A stretch of 64,000 nucleotides of DNA. It comes from an uncultured Gammaproteobacteria bacterium (GTDB lineage: Bacteria; Patescibacteriota; Microgenomatia; Levybacterales; UBA12049). Location: assembly GCA_964537895.1 (NCBI GenBank), contig CAZIDK010000001.1:51229-115228 (forward strand). The letters run 5' to 3'. This document shows, piece after piece, positions 41,671-51,097 of this stretch (position 1 is the first letter of the stretch; every line of letters begins with the position of its first letter). The notes below the pieces were generated by a model. That model made no database searches and was not told the origin of the DNA. It worked only from the letters and a program-made list of their open reading frames with translations. The translations under genes and the position numbers were made by a program.

Positions 41671-43812
41671 TTACGAGCTTTGATTTAAATTATTGATAAA
41701 TTCTTCCGGGTTTCTTACCAAAACATCTCTTGGCTTAGAACCTTCTGCGCGGCCGACAACTTGAGCCTCTTCAAGCTGATCTAAAACACGCGCCGCTCTT
41801 GAATAACCGATTGATAATCTTCTTTGTAAAAGCGATGCGGAAGCCCTATCGTACTGGCAGACTATTCTTATTGCCTCAAGAAATAAGGCATCTCTTCCAT
41901 CCGAACCAACATATGGAATATTGCCTTTTTTTAACACTAAAGGAACCGAGGTAACTTCATCCGTATATTGGATTTCCGGAACTTTAGACTTTAAATAATC
42001 AACAAGTTTTTTAACTTCCTTGTCCGATATATATGCTCCTTGAATACGGGTTGGCTTTGCCTGTTCGGGCGGAATATAAAGCATGTCTCCACGTCCTAAA
42101 AGCTTTTCTGCTCCGGGACTGTCTATAATTACACGGGAATCAATCATCGAGGAAACATTAAAGGCGATTCTGCAGGGGATATTCGCTTTAATAAGGCCTG
42201 TTATAACGTCAACCGAGGGCCTTTGGGTTGAAACAACAAGATGAATTCCGGTTGCTCTTGCCATCTGCGCCAAGCGGGCGATAGCATCTTCTACCTCAAC
42301 CGGAGCAAATGCCATTAAATCGGCAAGTTCATCAACAAATATAATTATATAAGGAAATGTCTGAAATCCGGCAAGTTCATTATAGGAATCGATATTTCTT
42401 ACTCCTCTTTCCGCAAAAGTTTTATACCTTCTGTCCATTTCATCCATCGCCCACTTTAAAGAAGCCAGAATTTTTTCTACTTCTACAATAACAGGAGTCA
42501 TCAAATGAGGTATCCCGTTATAGCCTGTTAATTCAACTCTCTTTGGATCAATTAAAATAAGCTTAACTTCATCCGGTGAAGCTCTGAAAAGGAGCGAGGA
42601 AATAAACGAATTTATAAGAACCGATTTTCCCGAACCGGTTGTTCCTGCAATTAAAACATGGGGCATTTTCCCGATATCGGCAACAACCGGATTGCCCGAA
42701 ACATCAAGACCCAATGAAACGGTAAGTCTTGATTTGCTTTTTCTCATTATATCCGAACTTAACATTGTTTTAAGAGTAACAACTTCCAGAGACCTATTTG
42801 GGATTTCTATTCCGACAAGGTTTCTGCCCGGAATCGGAGCTTCAATTCTAATTTGTCCGGTAGGAGCTTCTGTTGCCAAGGCAAGATCATTGGAAAGAGC
42901 TGTTATTTTGGAAATTTTTGTTCCCTGGGCAATTTCCAAAGCATACTGCGTAACTGCGGGGCCTAAATTTACTTCTACAACTTTTGCTCCTACTCCGAAA
43001 CTTTGCAAAGTTTTCTCAATCGTATTCGCTGTTTTCTTAATATCTCCTCTGTCTGCTTTTTGATTGGATGCATCCGAAAGAAGAGTAAGAGGAGGATTTT
43101 CCCAAATACCGCTACCGCCAACCGTATTCATAACCAGTTTATCGGCAATAAGAGGCTCTTTTTTAAGAGGGGGCGGGCTATTAATAGATATCTCTTTTGC
43201 GGAAATATTGCCGCGAAAATCCTTTTCCATTCCTTTTATTGTCATTTGTTTATTGCTAAAATCCGGAGATTTCTTGGTTTTGAAAAACGAAATAAGTTTA
43301 CGCGGCACAAATCTTCTTACGGTATCTCTTATTGCGCTTAACATTGCAAACATTTCATCAACGGAAGTATCAAAGAAAACGATAAGACCGATTAAAATTC
43401 CGGCCGCATAAACAAGGATTGCGCCGGTTCCGCTTAAAATATCCGCCAAAATTTGGTAGATATAGCTTCCAAAACTGCCGCCTTTAAAAAGACCGATTAT
43501 GCATACAAAGAAAAGCAAAAAGCCAACTGCGGCGTTTGGCCTGGAAAGAAACATCTTAAGTCTTAAGAAGAAAAATCCAAGTAAAATTAACGCAATAGGG
43601 AAAAGAATGGAAAACAAACCGAAATATTTGTTAAGTAAATCATTTACGGCAATAAAAGAGGCGCCGCTTTTTGTAAAAGAAAGAAGGAGCAAAAGACCCC
43701 CGAGAATAAGACCAAAAGCAAAAATAGAATAAACGGTATTTTTTTTAAGTTTCAGCTTAAATTTATGCTTTCTATAATGCTTTCTTCTAGCCATATTAAA
43801 TATTATAGCCAC
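41671..43812 (-). CDS. ftsK: DNA translocase FtsK/SpoIIIE
   Basis: N-terminal TM helices; motor-domain Walker A LIAGTTGSGKS and full FtsK alpha/beta homology; C-terminal gamma winged-helix. Confidence 0.9.
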   Translation of the reverse strand: MAIIFNMARRKHYRKHKFKLKLKKNTVYSIFAFGLILGGLLLLLSFTKSGASFIAVNDLLNKYFGLFSILFPIALILLGFFFLRLKMFLSRPNAAVGFLLFFVCIIGLFKGGSFGSYIYQILADILSGTGAILVYAAGILIGLIVFFDTSVDEMFAMLSAIRDTVRRFVPRKLISFFKTKKSPDFSNKQMTIKGMEKDFRGNISAKEISINSPPPLKKEPLIADKLVMNTVGGSGIWENPPLTLLSDASNQKADRGDIKKTANTIEKTLQSFGVGAKVVEVNLGPAVTQYALEIAQGTKISKITALSNDLALATEAPTGQIRIEAPIPGRNLVGIEIPNRSLEVVTLKTMLSSDIMRKSKSRLTVSLGLDVSGNPVVADIGKMPHVLIAGTTGSGKSVLINSFISSLLFRASPDEVKLILIDPKRVELTGYNGIPHLMTPVIVEVEKILASLKWAMDEMDRRYKTFAERGVRNIDSYNELAGFQTFPYIIIFVDELADLMAFAPVEVEDAIARLAQMARATGIHLVVSTQRPSVDVITGLIKANIPCRIAFNVSSMIDSRVIIDSPGAEKLLGRGDMLYIPPEQAKPTRIQGAYISDKEVKKLVDYLKSKVPEIQYTDEVTSVPLVLKKGNIPYVGSDGRDALFLEAIRIVCQYDRASASLLQRRLSIGYSRAARVLDQLEEAQVVGRAEGSKPRDVLVRNPEEFINNLNQSS

Positions 43813-43863
43813 TTTTCACAAGCTCCACAAGCTACCTATCCTAACATTACGCGGAAAAGGCCT

Positions 43864-44310
43864 CTAATCGCTGTCGGGAGAAAATTTAATAGCCAGAAGT
43901 CTTACAACTATCAGAGTTAAAATTATTATTGCCAAAGAAACCGCTCCCTGAAGCGTTACGCCTTTAAACCATAAAGAAATTACTTCGTTTAACATAACTA
44001 TTAAAACAGTGTCCACGATATATGTAACTCTTACCCGCCCGTCTGTTAAGTAACTTAGGGTTGTCTTGATTACTTCGACTACTGCCAAAAGAGTTATTAC
44101 GTTAAGAAGAAGCTGTCTTAAGGAAACTTCAACGCCTGTATAAAAAAGCAGTCTTAAATCATAAAGAGTCTTTATTATTCCTCCAAAAAATCCTAGCAGG
44201 ATAACAAAAATTAATAAGCGGAGAAGAATTGGAATACTTTTTGACAAAAAAGATTTGGACAAAGTAAATGAAGTTTTTGTTAATTTAGGAACCTTATGTC
44301 TTCTTGCCAT
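43864..44310 (-). CDS. Small membrane protein (PsiE-like?)
   Basis: 4 TM helices; about 148 aa. The PsiE resemblance is weak. Confidence 0.4.
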   Translation of the reverse strand: MARRHKVPKLTKTSFTLSKSFLSKSIPILLRLLIFVILLGFFGGIIKTLYDLRLLFYTGVEVSLRQLLLNVITLLAVVEVIKTTLSYLTDGRVRVTYIVDTVLIVMLNEVISLWFKGVTLQGAVSLAIIILTLIVVRLLAIKFSPDSD

Positions 44311-44460
44311 TATTATAGGCAGTTTGACCTAATATTACTATCTTAACTTCCCGAATGCAATAAAGCAAAATGGGCGGGGAATAGATAAAGCAAACGTGTG
44401 AAGCTACAACACCCGGAGGGTGTGAAACTATTGAAGTTGGATATTCTTGATATATTTGAT

Positions 44461-44520
44461 CTTGAATCTTTGAAATCTAGAATTCTTGAAATCTAGAATT
44501 CAAATTCAAGAAAATCTCAC
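44461..44520. repeat. AT-rich short tandem repeats (cttgaaatctagaatt twice, plus related units)
   Basis: ctttgaaatctagaatt at 44468-44484 and cttgaaatctagaatt at 44485-44500, with flanking cttgaatct / attcaaattcaag variants. Confidence 0.6.
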
Positions 44521-44675
44521 CTCTAACTTCAAAAGTTCTAATTTAGAATTTCAAGGTCCAACTTCTCCCGACGAATTTCATTCGTGCGGGTTCACCCTGA
44601 AACGGTTCACCGTGAACGGGATCCCGACTGAAAACTATCAGCGGGACAGTTTCTACCGTCCAGTATTCAATACTG

Positions 44676-46334
44676 CTATACCTCGATAACAACGGGTAAG
44701 ACGAGGGGGCGTTTGCGAAGGGCTTTAAAAATATTTTTCTCCGCAATTTCGGAAATTAATTTCCTAACATAAATCCAGTCATTCATTCTTTCGGGTTTGG
44801 CAAAAAATGTATTTTTAAGCTGGGCGCCTAAATTCTTAATTAATAAGGCACTTTCTTGGGACGATAGGCCGCGGGCAATAATTGAGGGCAAATCTACCAT
44901 TTTTCCCGTTCCCGAATCTACTTCCGCCATAACAATTACAATTCCGTCTTTAGCTATTTTTTGTCTGTCTATTAAAACAAAATGTTCTACTTCTTCTCCG
45001 GAAACTTGATCCAGATAAACATTTTTTAGCGGAACTTTTTTCCCATAAGAAGAACTGTCTTTTGTAAAAATAATTTCCTGTCCATCTTCTACTAAAAGAA
45101 TATCGCGGTCTTCAAAACCCTGTCTTTTGGCAAGTCCTTTGTAAGCCACCATTTGCCTATATGTTCCGCCAATAGGCAGCACTTTTTTGGGATTTACCAA
45201 AGACATCAATAGCATCAAGTCGTTTGACGCGGCGTGTCCGGACACATGAAAATCACTTGAAACTTCCGAATAGACAACTCTTGCGCCTTTTTTGGAAATT
45301 GAATCTATTACATTGTTGACTGATATTTCGTTGCCAGGTATCGGGTCCGAGGAAAAAATTATAACATCATTTGGATTTATTTTAATTTCTTTGTTGTCGC
45401 CGTTAGCAATTCTGGAAAGAGCGGAGTTTTCCTGTCCTTGGCTTCCTGCAACAATTAAAACGACTTGGCTGTCTTTATAATTCCCAAGCTGTTCTATGGA
45501 AATTTCCGAACCTTTATCTATTTTCATATAACCTAAATCAATAGCTACGTCTCTTACTTTGTAAAAAGAACGGCCGACAAAACAAATTTTTCGGCCAAAC
45601 TTTTCTGCGGCTTTTATAGCCTGATTAAGCCGGGAAATATTTGAAGAATAAGTGGTAATGATAACTTTACCTTGAGCTTTGGCAATTTCTCTTTCAAAAT
45701 TTTCCCCTAAGGTCAATTCTGACGGCGTATAACCTTCTTTTTCCGAACGAAGACAGTCTGACATTAAAGATAAGACTCCTTCTTTTCCAACCGCTATTAT
45801 TTTGTCGAATTCATTCTTCTTATTATCCGCAGGAGTTAAATCAAATTTAAAATCACTGCCGTGATAAAAATTTCCAACCGGAGTTCTAATAAAAATATGA
45901 GATGTGTCGGGAACCGAATGTGTAACCCTTATAAAAGATAAAGAAAAACTGCCTAAGGTTAACGGTCCCCCGCCAAACTCAACCGGTTTTACTCTGCTAC
46001 CAACTTCTAATTCTTTTAATTTTTCATTGGCCAGTGCCGCCGTTAAAGGAGTCCCGAAAACCGGAAATTGGGGGAGCTGCGGCAGTACAAAAGGCAAAGC
46101 GCCGATATGGTCTTCGTGTCCGTGAGTTAAAACTAAACCGACAATTTTCTTTTTATTTTGCAAAAGATATGTTATGTCAGGAAGCAAAAGATCAACGCCT
46201 AACATTGTTTCGTCGGCAAAACCAATTCCGCAATCGACAATTAAAACCTCATCTTTATACTCGTAAAGATACATATTTTTGGTGACGTTTGAAACGCCGC
46301 CTAAGGGAATAAAAGAAAGTTGATCGTTATTCAT
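44676..46334 (-). CDS. rnj: Ribonuclease J
   Basis: Metallo-beta-lactamase motif LTHGHEDHIG, beta-CASP, and a C-terminal domain. 552 aa. Confidence 0.9.
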   Translation of the reverse strand: MNNDQLSFIPLGGVSNVTKNMYLYEYKDEVLIVDCGIGFADETMLGVDLLLPDITYLLQNKKKIVGLVLTHGHEDHIGALPFVLPQLPQFPVFGTPLTAALANEKLKELEVGSRVKPVEFGGGPLTLGSFSLSFIRVTHSVPDTSHIFIRTPVGNFYHGSDFKFDLTPADNKKNEFDKIIAVGKEGVLSLMSDCLRSEKEGYTPSELTLGENFEREIAKAQGKVIITTYSSNISRLNQAIKAAEKFGRKICFVGRSFYKVRDVAIDLGYMKIDKGSEISIEQLGNYKDSQVVLIVAGSQGQENSALSRIANGDNKEIKINPNDVIIFSSDPIPGNEISVNNVIDSISKKGARVVYSEVSSDFHVSGHAASNDLMLLMSLVNPKKVLPIGGTYRQMVAYKGLAKRQGFEDRDILLVEDGQEIIFTKDSSSYGKKVPLKNVYLDQVSGEEVEHFVLIDRQKIAKDGIVIVMAEVDSGTGKMVDLPSIIARGLSSQESALLIKNLGAQLKNTFFAKPERMNDWIYVRKLISEIAEKNIFKALRKRPLVLPVVIEV

Positions 46335-46337
46335 AAT

Positions 46338-47402
46338 TTATAAAGGCAAGAACTGTTTTATATTTTCTACTGTTATATGCATACTGCCGTTTTGAGCCAG
46401 TTTTCCTTCCACAATAAGTCTGGCAACTCTCCTACACATTGTTTCAATTGTTCTCTCAAGACTTCTAATCCCCGAATCAAATCCTAAAGGCCTGATAATA
46501 TTGGGCCATAAGCTATCATCTATTATCAACTGCCCGTCTGTTAACCCCGATGCTTTTCTTATTTTTGGGAATAAATATTCTTTTGCTATAATCTTTTTTT
46601 CTTCATCGGTATACGAAGGCATTTGAATAATCTCCAGTCTATCTAAAACAGATGTTGAAATATTGGTTGTATTGTTTGCGGTTGCTATAAAAAGAACGTG
46701 GGATAAGTTAAACGGATAATCGATGTAATGATCCGTGAAGGCCATATTTTGTTCCGGATCCAAAAGCTCCACCAAAACGCCCATAATATCCGCTCTTGCC
46801 TGCTCACTAACTCTATCCAGCTCATCCAAAAGTATTACGCAATTCCTGCTCTGCGCGTGAGCCAATTTTTTTATTACGAGGCCAGGCTCGGCGTCGGAAA
46901 ATGCTCTCGATTGCCCTCTTAAAGCAAGAGAATCGCCCATTCCGCCAAAAGGAATTCTTTCGAATTTTCTCCCCATTGCCTCTGCAATTGAATAAGCAAA
47001 AGTAGTTTTTCCCGTTCCCACTAAACCAACCAGGCAAAGTATAGGGGCCCTTACAGCATCCTGTGAATTATTCTGAAAATTTAAAATTAACGAAGAAAGG
47101 TATTCCAAAACGTCGTTTTTTACATTTTCCAAACCGTAATGATTTTTGTCTAAAGCCTTTTTTACCGTGTTTAAATCTAAAATATCTGTTGTTTCTCTAT
47201 TAAAAGGCAGGGACGAAACCCAATTTATGTAATTTGATATGTTCCCATAGTTAATAAAAGTACCCGTACCTGTTTTTAAACTTACACTTAAAATAGTAAG
47301 CATCGAATTGATTTTCTCCATTAAATCGGCAGGAAGTCCGGAGGAATTAATTTTTTCTTCTAATTTTTGTATTTGTGCCTCCAATGAAACAGTGGAATCC
47401 AT
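46338..47402 (-). CDS. Lon-like AAA+ ATPase lacking the Lon N-terminal substrate domain and the protease domain
   Basis: Strong similarity to the Lon AAA+ module (ILCLVGLVGTGKTT..., ILLDELDR, LLDPEQN, DYPFNLS, sensor-2 region), but it ends after the AAA+ alpha-helical subdomain. 354 aa. Confidence 0.7.
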   Translation of the reverse strand: MDSTVSLEAQIQKLEEKINSSGLPADLMEKINSMLTILSVSLKTGTGTFINYGNISNYINWVSSLPFNRETTDILDLNTVKKALDKNHYGLENVKNDVLEYLSSLILNFQNNSQDAVRAPILCLVGLVGTGKTTFAYSIAEAMGRKFERIPFGGMGDSLALRGQSRAFSDAEPGLVIKKLAHAQSRNCVILLDELDRVSEQARADIMGVLVELLDPEQNMAFTDHYIDYPFNLSHVLFIATANNTTNISTSVLDRLEIIQMPSYTDEEKKIIAKEYLFPKIRKASGLTDGQLIIDDSLWPNIIRPLGFDSGIRSLERTIETMCRRVARLIVEGKLAQNGSMHITVENIKQFLPL

Positions 47403-47419
47403 ACTTTTATAATAGCAGT

Positions 47420-47475
47420 TATTAGATACTAGTTACTAGTAACTGATTAACTAATTTTACTAGTTACTAGTTTAG
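47420..47475. promoter_or_regulatory. Palindromic ACTAGTTACTAGT elements between pnp and the Lon-like gene
   Basis: AGTTACTAGTAACT is a 14-bp perfect palindrome (47431-47444). A second ACTAGTTACTAGT lies at 47459-47471, abutting the pnp stop. Confidence 0.45.
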
Positions 47476-49739
47476 TAGCGTGGTTTTCTGTCTCTATTGA
47501 ATGCCGGTCTTTGACCAGGTCTTTTTGATCTCCAGTCCGAACTGCCTCTTTCTCTTCTTAGCTGCATTGATAATGGATGCTCTGACGGAACCTGTTCATG
47601 AACAGTTTTTTCATTTCCAGGTTCCGGTTTTTGGGCAACTTCGCCAAAGAGCATCGATAAGTTTGTTCTGCCTTGATCATCTATTTCAGCCACTCTTACC
47701 TTTACTTTTTGTCCAATTGCCACCACATCGCTTGGATTTTTTACAAATTCCGTAGACATTTTTGAAACGTGTACCATTCCCTCTTTACCGGGCAAAAATT
47801 CTACAAATGCTCCGAATGGAAGAATCCTTTTTACTTCCGCTTCTTCAAAAACTTCTCCGACCGTTACTTCTCTTACGAGTCCCTTAATCCAATCAACCGC
47901 TTTTTGCACAGACTCTTCGGAAACGCCTGATATAGCAACAGAACCGTCATCTTCAACTTCAACCGAGGCTCCTGTTGTAGCAATAATATTTTTAATTACT
48001 TTTCCTCCCGGACCTATTAATTCACCAATTCTATCCACCGGAATTTTAATTACTTCAATTTTCGGAGCATATTGGGATAAAGCTTCTCTAGGCTTAGGCA
48101 AAATTTTAAGCATAGTTTCTAAAATTTGAAGTCGGGCTGTCTTTGCTCTTTCTAAAATAACTTTTATTTGCTCAACAGTAAGCCCTGGAATTTTAACATC
48201 TAACTGAATTGCAGTAATTCCTGCATCTGTCCCTGCAACTTTAAAATCCATATCTCCTGAAAAATCTTCCAGACCGATAATATCTGTTAAAAGTTCATAA
48301 TTATCTCCATCGGACATCATTCCAATTGAAATACCGGCAACAGGTTTGCTAATTGGAACTCCGGCATCCATAAGAGCTAGCGTTGAACCGCAAGTTGATG
48401 CCATTGAACTTGAGCCATTTTGCGACAGAACTTCCGAAACCACCCTAATTGTATATGGGAATTCATCTTGTTTTGGTATTACCGCAAGAAGAGCTCTTTC
48501 AGCTAAGGCTCCGTGTCCTTTTTCACGCCTGGAAGGACTGCCAACGCGTCCTGTTTGACCAAAAGAATATGGAAGTCCTGAATAATGATGAATATATCTT
48601 TTTGTTTCTTCACCCTCCGCTGATTCAATTAACTGTTCCATACGAGGTGATCCAAGTGTAACAACCGATAGGGCTTGTGTAATTCCTCGCTGAAATAGAG
48701 CGCTGCCATGAGTTCTTGGAAGAAGTCCAACTTCTGTAACTATTTCTCTGATTTCATCCATTTTCCTTCCATCAACTCTTTTTTTCTTTCCAATTACATC
48801 TGCTTTTATCATTTTAAACATAACGTATTCAACTGCTTTTGCAATTATTTTTTTATCAAGCTGCGTATCGGGATTTGCCATTTTTGCATCTTCGTAAATT
48901 TTTGAAATCAAATCTTCTGTTTCTGCGCCGCTTCCTTCTTTATTTACGCGGGATTCAATAAGCGCGCCGACTTCGGCTTTATAGGATTTTTCAATAAGAC
49001 TTATTGCTTCATTAAGAGAATTTTCTACAGGAACTTCTAATTTTTTAACTCCAACTTTTTTAACCAAATCTTCAATTAAATCTATAATTTTGCTTGTTTC
49101 TTTGTGTGCTAATTCAACTGCTTCAACTAAAATATCTTCTGAAACTTGAAAAGCTCCAGCTTCAATCATATTTGTTTTATCTTTTGATTGAGAAACAACT
49201 AAATCAAGCTCTGAATATTGCTGTTCTGATCCTGGGTTAATTATACAGGCTGACCCTCCGTTACCTGATTCTTTAACACAGCCAACCCTTACCGCTCCTA
49301 TTGGTCCGTTCCATGGAATTCTTGATATTGCTAAAGCTGCTGAAACAGCATTCAAAGCAAGAACGTCTGCTTCATTTTCACCATCAACTGACAAAACAGT
49401 TACAATAACTTGAACATCATTTTTAAAGCTTTTTGGAAAAAGAGGGCGGATTGATCTATCTATTAAACGTCCTGCAAGAACTGCTTCGTCAGATGGCTGA
49501 CCTTCACGCTTTACCCAGCGGCTTCCTTTAATTTTTCCGCCTGCGTAAAGTCTTTCTCCGTATTCAACTGATAATGGAAAATAATCTAAATCTGATTTTC
49601 CCCCTTCGACAACGGTAACCAAAACTACCGTGTCTCCAAGACGGCCTAAAACAGAAGCTGTTGCTTGAATCGCTAACTCGCCTGTTTCCAATATTAGCTT
49701 TTTACCTGCTAATTCTAAAGTAACTGAGGTTTTTTTCAT
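47472..49739 (-). CDS. pnp: Polyribonucleotide nucleotidyltransferase (PNPase)
   Basis: Two RNase PH domains, KH and S1 domains, and an Arg-rich C-terminal tail. 755 aa. Confidence 0.95.
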   Translation of the reverse strand: MKKTSVTLELAGKKLILETGELAIQATASVLGRLGDTVVLVTVVEGGKSDLDYFPLSVEYGERLYAGGKIKGSRWVKREGQPSDEAVLAGRLIDRSIRPLFPKSFKNDVQVIVTVLSVDGENEADVLALNAVSAALAISRIPWNGPIGAVRVGCVKESGNGGSACIINPGSEQQYSELDLVVSQSKDKTNMIEAGAFQVSEDILVEAVELAHKETSKIIDLIEDLVKKVGVKKLEVPVENSLNEAISLIEKSYKAEVGALIESRVNKEGSGAETEDLISKIYEDAKMANPDTQLDKKIIAKAVEYVMFKMIKADVIGKKKRVDGRKMDEIREIVTEVGLLPRTHGSALFQRGITQALSVVTLGSPRMEQLIESAEGEETKRYIHHYSGLPYSFGQTGRVGSPSRREKGHGALAERALLAVIPKQDEFPYTIRVVSEVLSQNGSSSMASTCGSTLALMDAGVPISKPVAGISIGMMSDGDNYELLTDIIGLEDFSGDMDFKVAGTDAGITAIQLDVKIPGLTVEQIKVILERAKTARLQILETMLKILPKPREALSQYAPKIEVIKIPVDRIGELIGPGGKVIKNIIATTGASVEVEDDGSVAISGVSEESVQKAVDWIKGLVREVTVGEVFEEAEVKRILPFGAFVEFLPGKEGMVHVSKMSTEFVKNPSDVVAIGQKVKVRVAEIDDQGRTNLSMLFGEVAQKPEPGNEKTVHEQVPSEHPLSMQLRRERGSSDWRSKRPGQRPAFNRDRKPRY

Positions 49740-49751
49740 AATATCTAACTT

Positions 49752-49800
49752 GCCCGCCGACTAAGCGCTCCCCGATTCAATCGGGGTAAGCTTTGGCGGG
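49752..49800 (-). promoter_or_regulatory. Structured hairpin between rpsO and pnp (pnp leader / rpsO 3' stem-loop)
   Basis: Nested stems: inner CCCCGAT-tca-ATCGGGG (49770-49786) and outer CCCGCC...GGCGGG. Same position as the RNase III-processed pnp leader hairpin known from E. coli. Confidence 0.5.
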
Positions 49801-50070
49801 TTAGTCTTTAAGTCCAACTTTTTTCGCAATTACGGAGGAACGTGCCTTATCCACTTTTGCCAAAAAATTCATCAGTCTTCTTCTTTTTGCAATCATGGAT
49901 AAAAGTCCGCGGCGGCTATGTGTGTCATGAGCATGCAGTTTAAGATGCTCTGTTAAACGGGTAATTCTGGTAGTTAAAAGCGCAATTTGCACCTCGGGAC
50001 TACCGGTATCACCTTTAACAGTTTGAAATTCTTTTATAATGTCTTGTTTCTGCGAAGTACTAAGCGGCAT
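49801..50070 (-). CDS. rpsO: 30S ribosomal protein S15
   Basis: 89 aa; GDTGSPEVQIALLT...HDTHSRRGLL...RRRL matches S15. Confidence 0.95.
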   Translation of the reverse strand: MPLSTSQKQDIIKEFQTVKGDTGSPEVQIALLTTRITRLTEHLKLHAHDTHSRRGLLSMIAKRRRLMNFLAKVDKARSSVIAKKVGLKD

Positions 50071-50158
50071 ATCTAATTAATTTATAATTTAAAATTCAAA
50101 ATTTATAATTTACTTTGAGTATTATATCAACTATCTTTATGTTTATCAATGCTCTGAT

Positions 50159-51097
50159 TTAGAAGTTTGTGGAACCTTTGTAGATTTTCGGGGCAAGCCA
50201 ATCTTCGGGCGGGTTCTCGTTTGTGATTTCTTTTTCCGGTTCCTGTTGCTTAGCTGCTGGTTTTGAAGCAAATTGATTTACCGGTGAGTCTTGATTCCTG
50301 CTTACAGGTTTTGGGAAAAATTGTTCCGTGTTTACCGGCTCTGACTGTTTTATATTATTACTAATTCTTATTGCTCCGTTTTTCATAAGAAGCGCGGCCA
50401 TTTCAAATGCTAAAGCGCTTGTTTTTACGTCTTGAAAATTATTTGTTGCATCAGCTATCCCATACATTAAGTTTTGCGCAGTATCAATGTCTATTTTTAA
50501 ATTAAGCGATAAAATTAGATTTGCAACCTGTTCGGAAACTGAAGACAGCATAGGATAAACCATAATTATATCTCCAAAACCCTGATTTTCGGCTTTATTA
50601 TCAATATTAATAATCATTGTGTCTTTTAAACCGGCGATATCAAAAAGCTTCCCTAAATCCGAGAGTCTTGGAACACCAATTGTAAAAAGAAGATTTGGCA
50701 TACCTTGGCTTCTTGCAAACGATACTTCTTTTTCCTCAAAAGAAAGACCTTTTTCTCCGGCTTTTACAACAATATTTAATAATCCGTTTTCAAGAGTATA
50801 GGAAACTTTTTCTATTTCTCCCTCTTGATACGGAAAAGAAACCGTTAGGTCTCCTGATTCACCGCTAAGAGCAGTTCTAACTTTGTCTATACCGACTAAG
50901 GAAGAAACTTCAACCAGAGGATTTTCCGGAGTTGCAATCGTCACTGATTTTCCAACCAGGGTTAACGATAAATAAAGCGCTAAAGCGGCCCCCATCTCAT
51001 CGAGTGACGGATTTTTGGCCGTAACTATTCCGATAGTTTTATTCTTTTGAATGGCTTCAGTAATTTGCTTAAAGGTTTGGCTGTCCATAACTTCCAA
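50159..51097 (-). CDS. NrnA/DHH-family homolog with substituted catalytic motifs (likely inactive)
   Basis: Clear collinear similarity to NrnA, but DHH is replaced by DNK (IINIDNK), motif I DxD by LDE, and GDTGRF by ADATNNF. C-terminal low-complexity tail. Confidence 0.5.
   Translation of the reverse strand: MEVMDSQTFKQITEAIQKNKTIGIVTAKNPSLDEMGAALALYLSLTLVGKSVTIATPENPLVEVSSLVGIDKVRTALSGESGDLTVSFPYQEGEIEKVSYTLENGLLNIVVKAGEKGLSFEEKEVSFARSQGMPNLLFTIGVPRLSDLGKLFDIAGLKDTMIINIDNKAENQGFGDIIMVYPMLSSVSEQVANLILSLNLKIDIDTAQNLMYGIADATNNFQDVKTSALAFEMAALLMKNGAIRISNNIKQSEPVNTEQFFPKPVSRNQDSPVNQFASKPAAKQQEPEKEITNENPPEDWLAPKIYKGSTNF

Noticed and set aside
44340-44675. RNase P RNA, tmRNA or SRP RNA in the rnj-upstream intergenic region
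   Set aside because: On either strand I could not find the universal RNase P blocks (GGAAAGTCCGGGC, AGGGTGAAANGGTG...GGTAAGAGCGCACC, ACAGAANCCGGCTTA), nor tmRNA 5'/3' tRNA-like ends, nor the SRP domain IV motif. Only partial chance similarities such as TGAAACGGT turned up.
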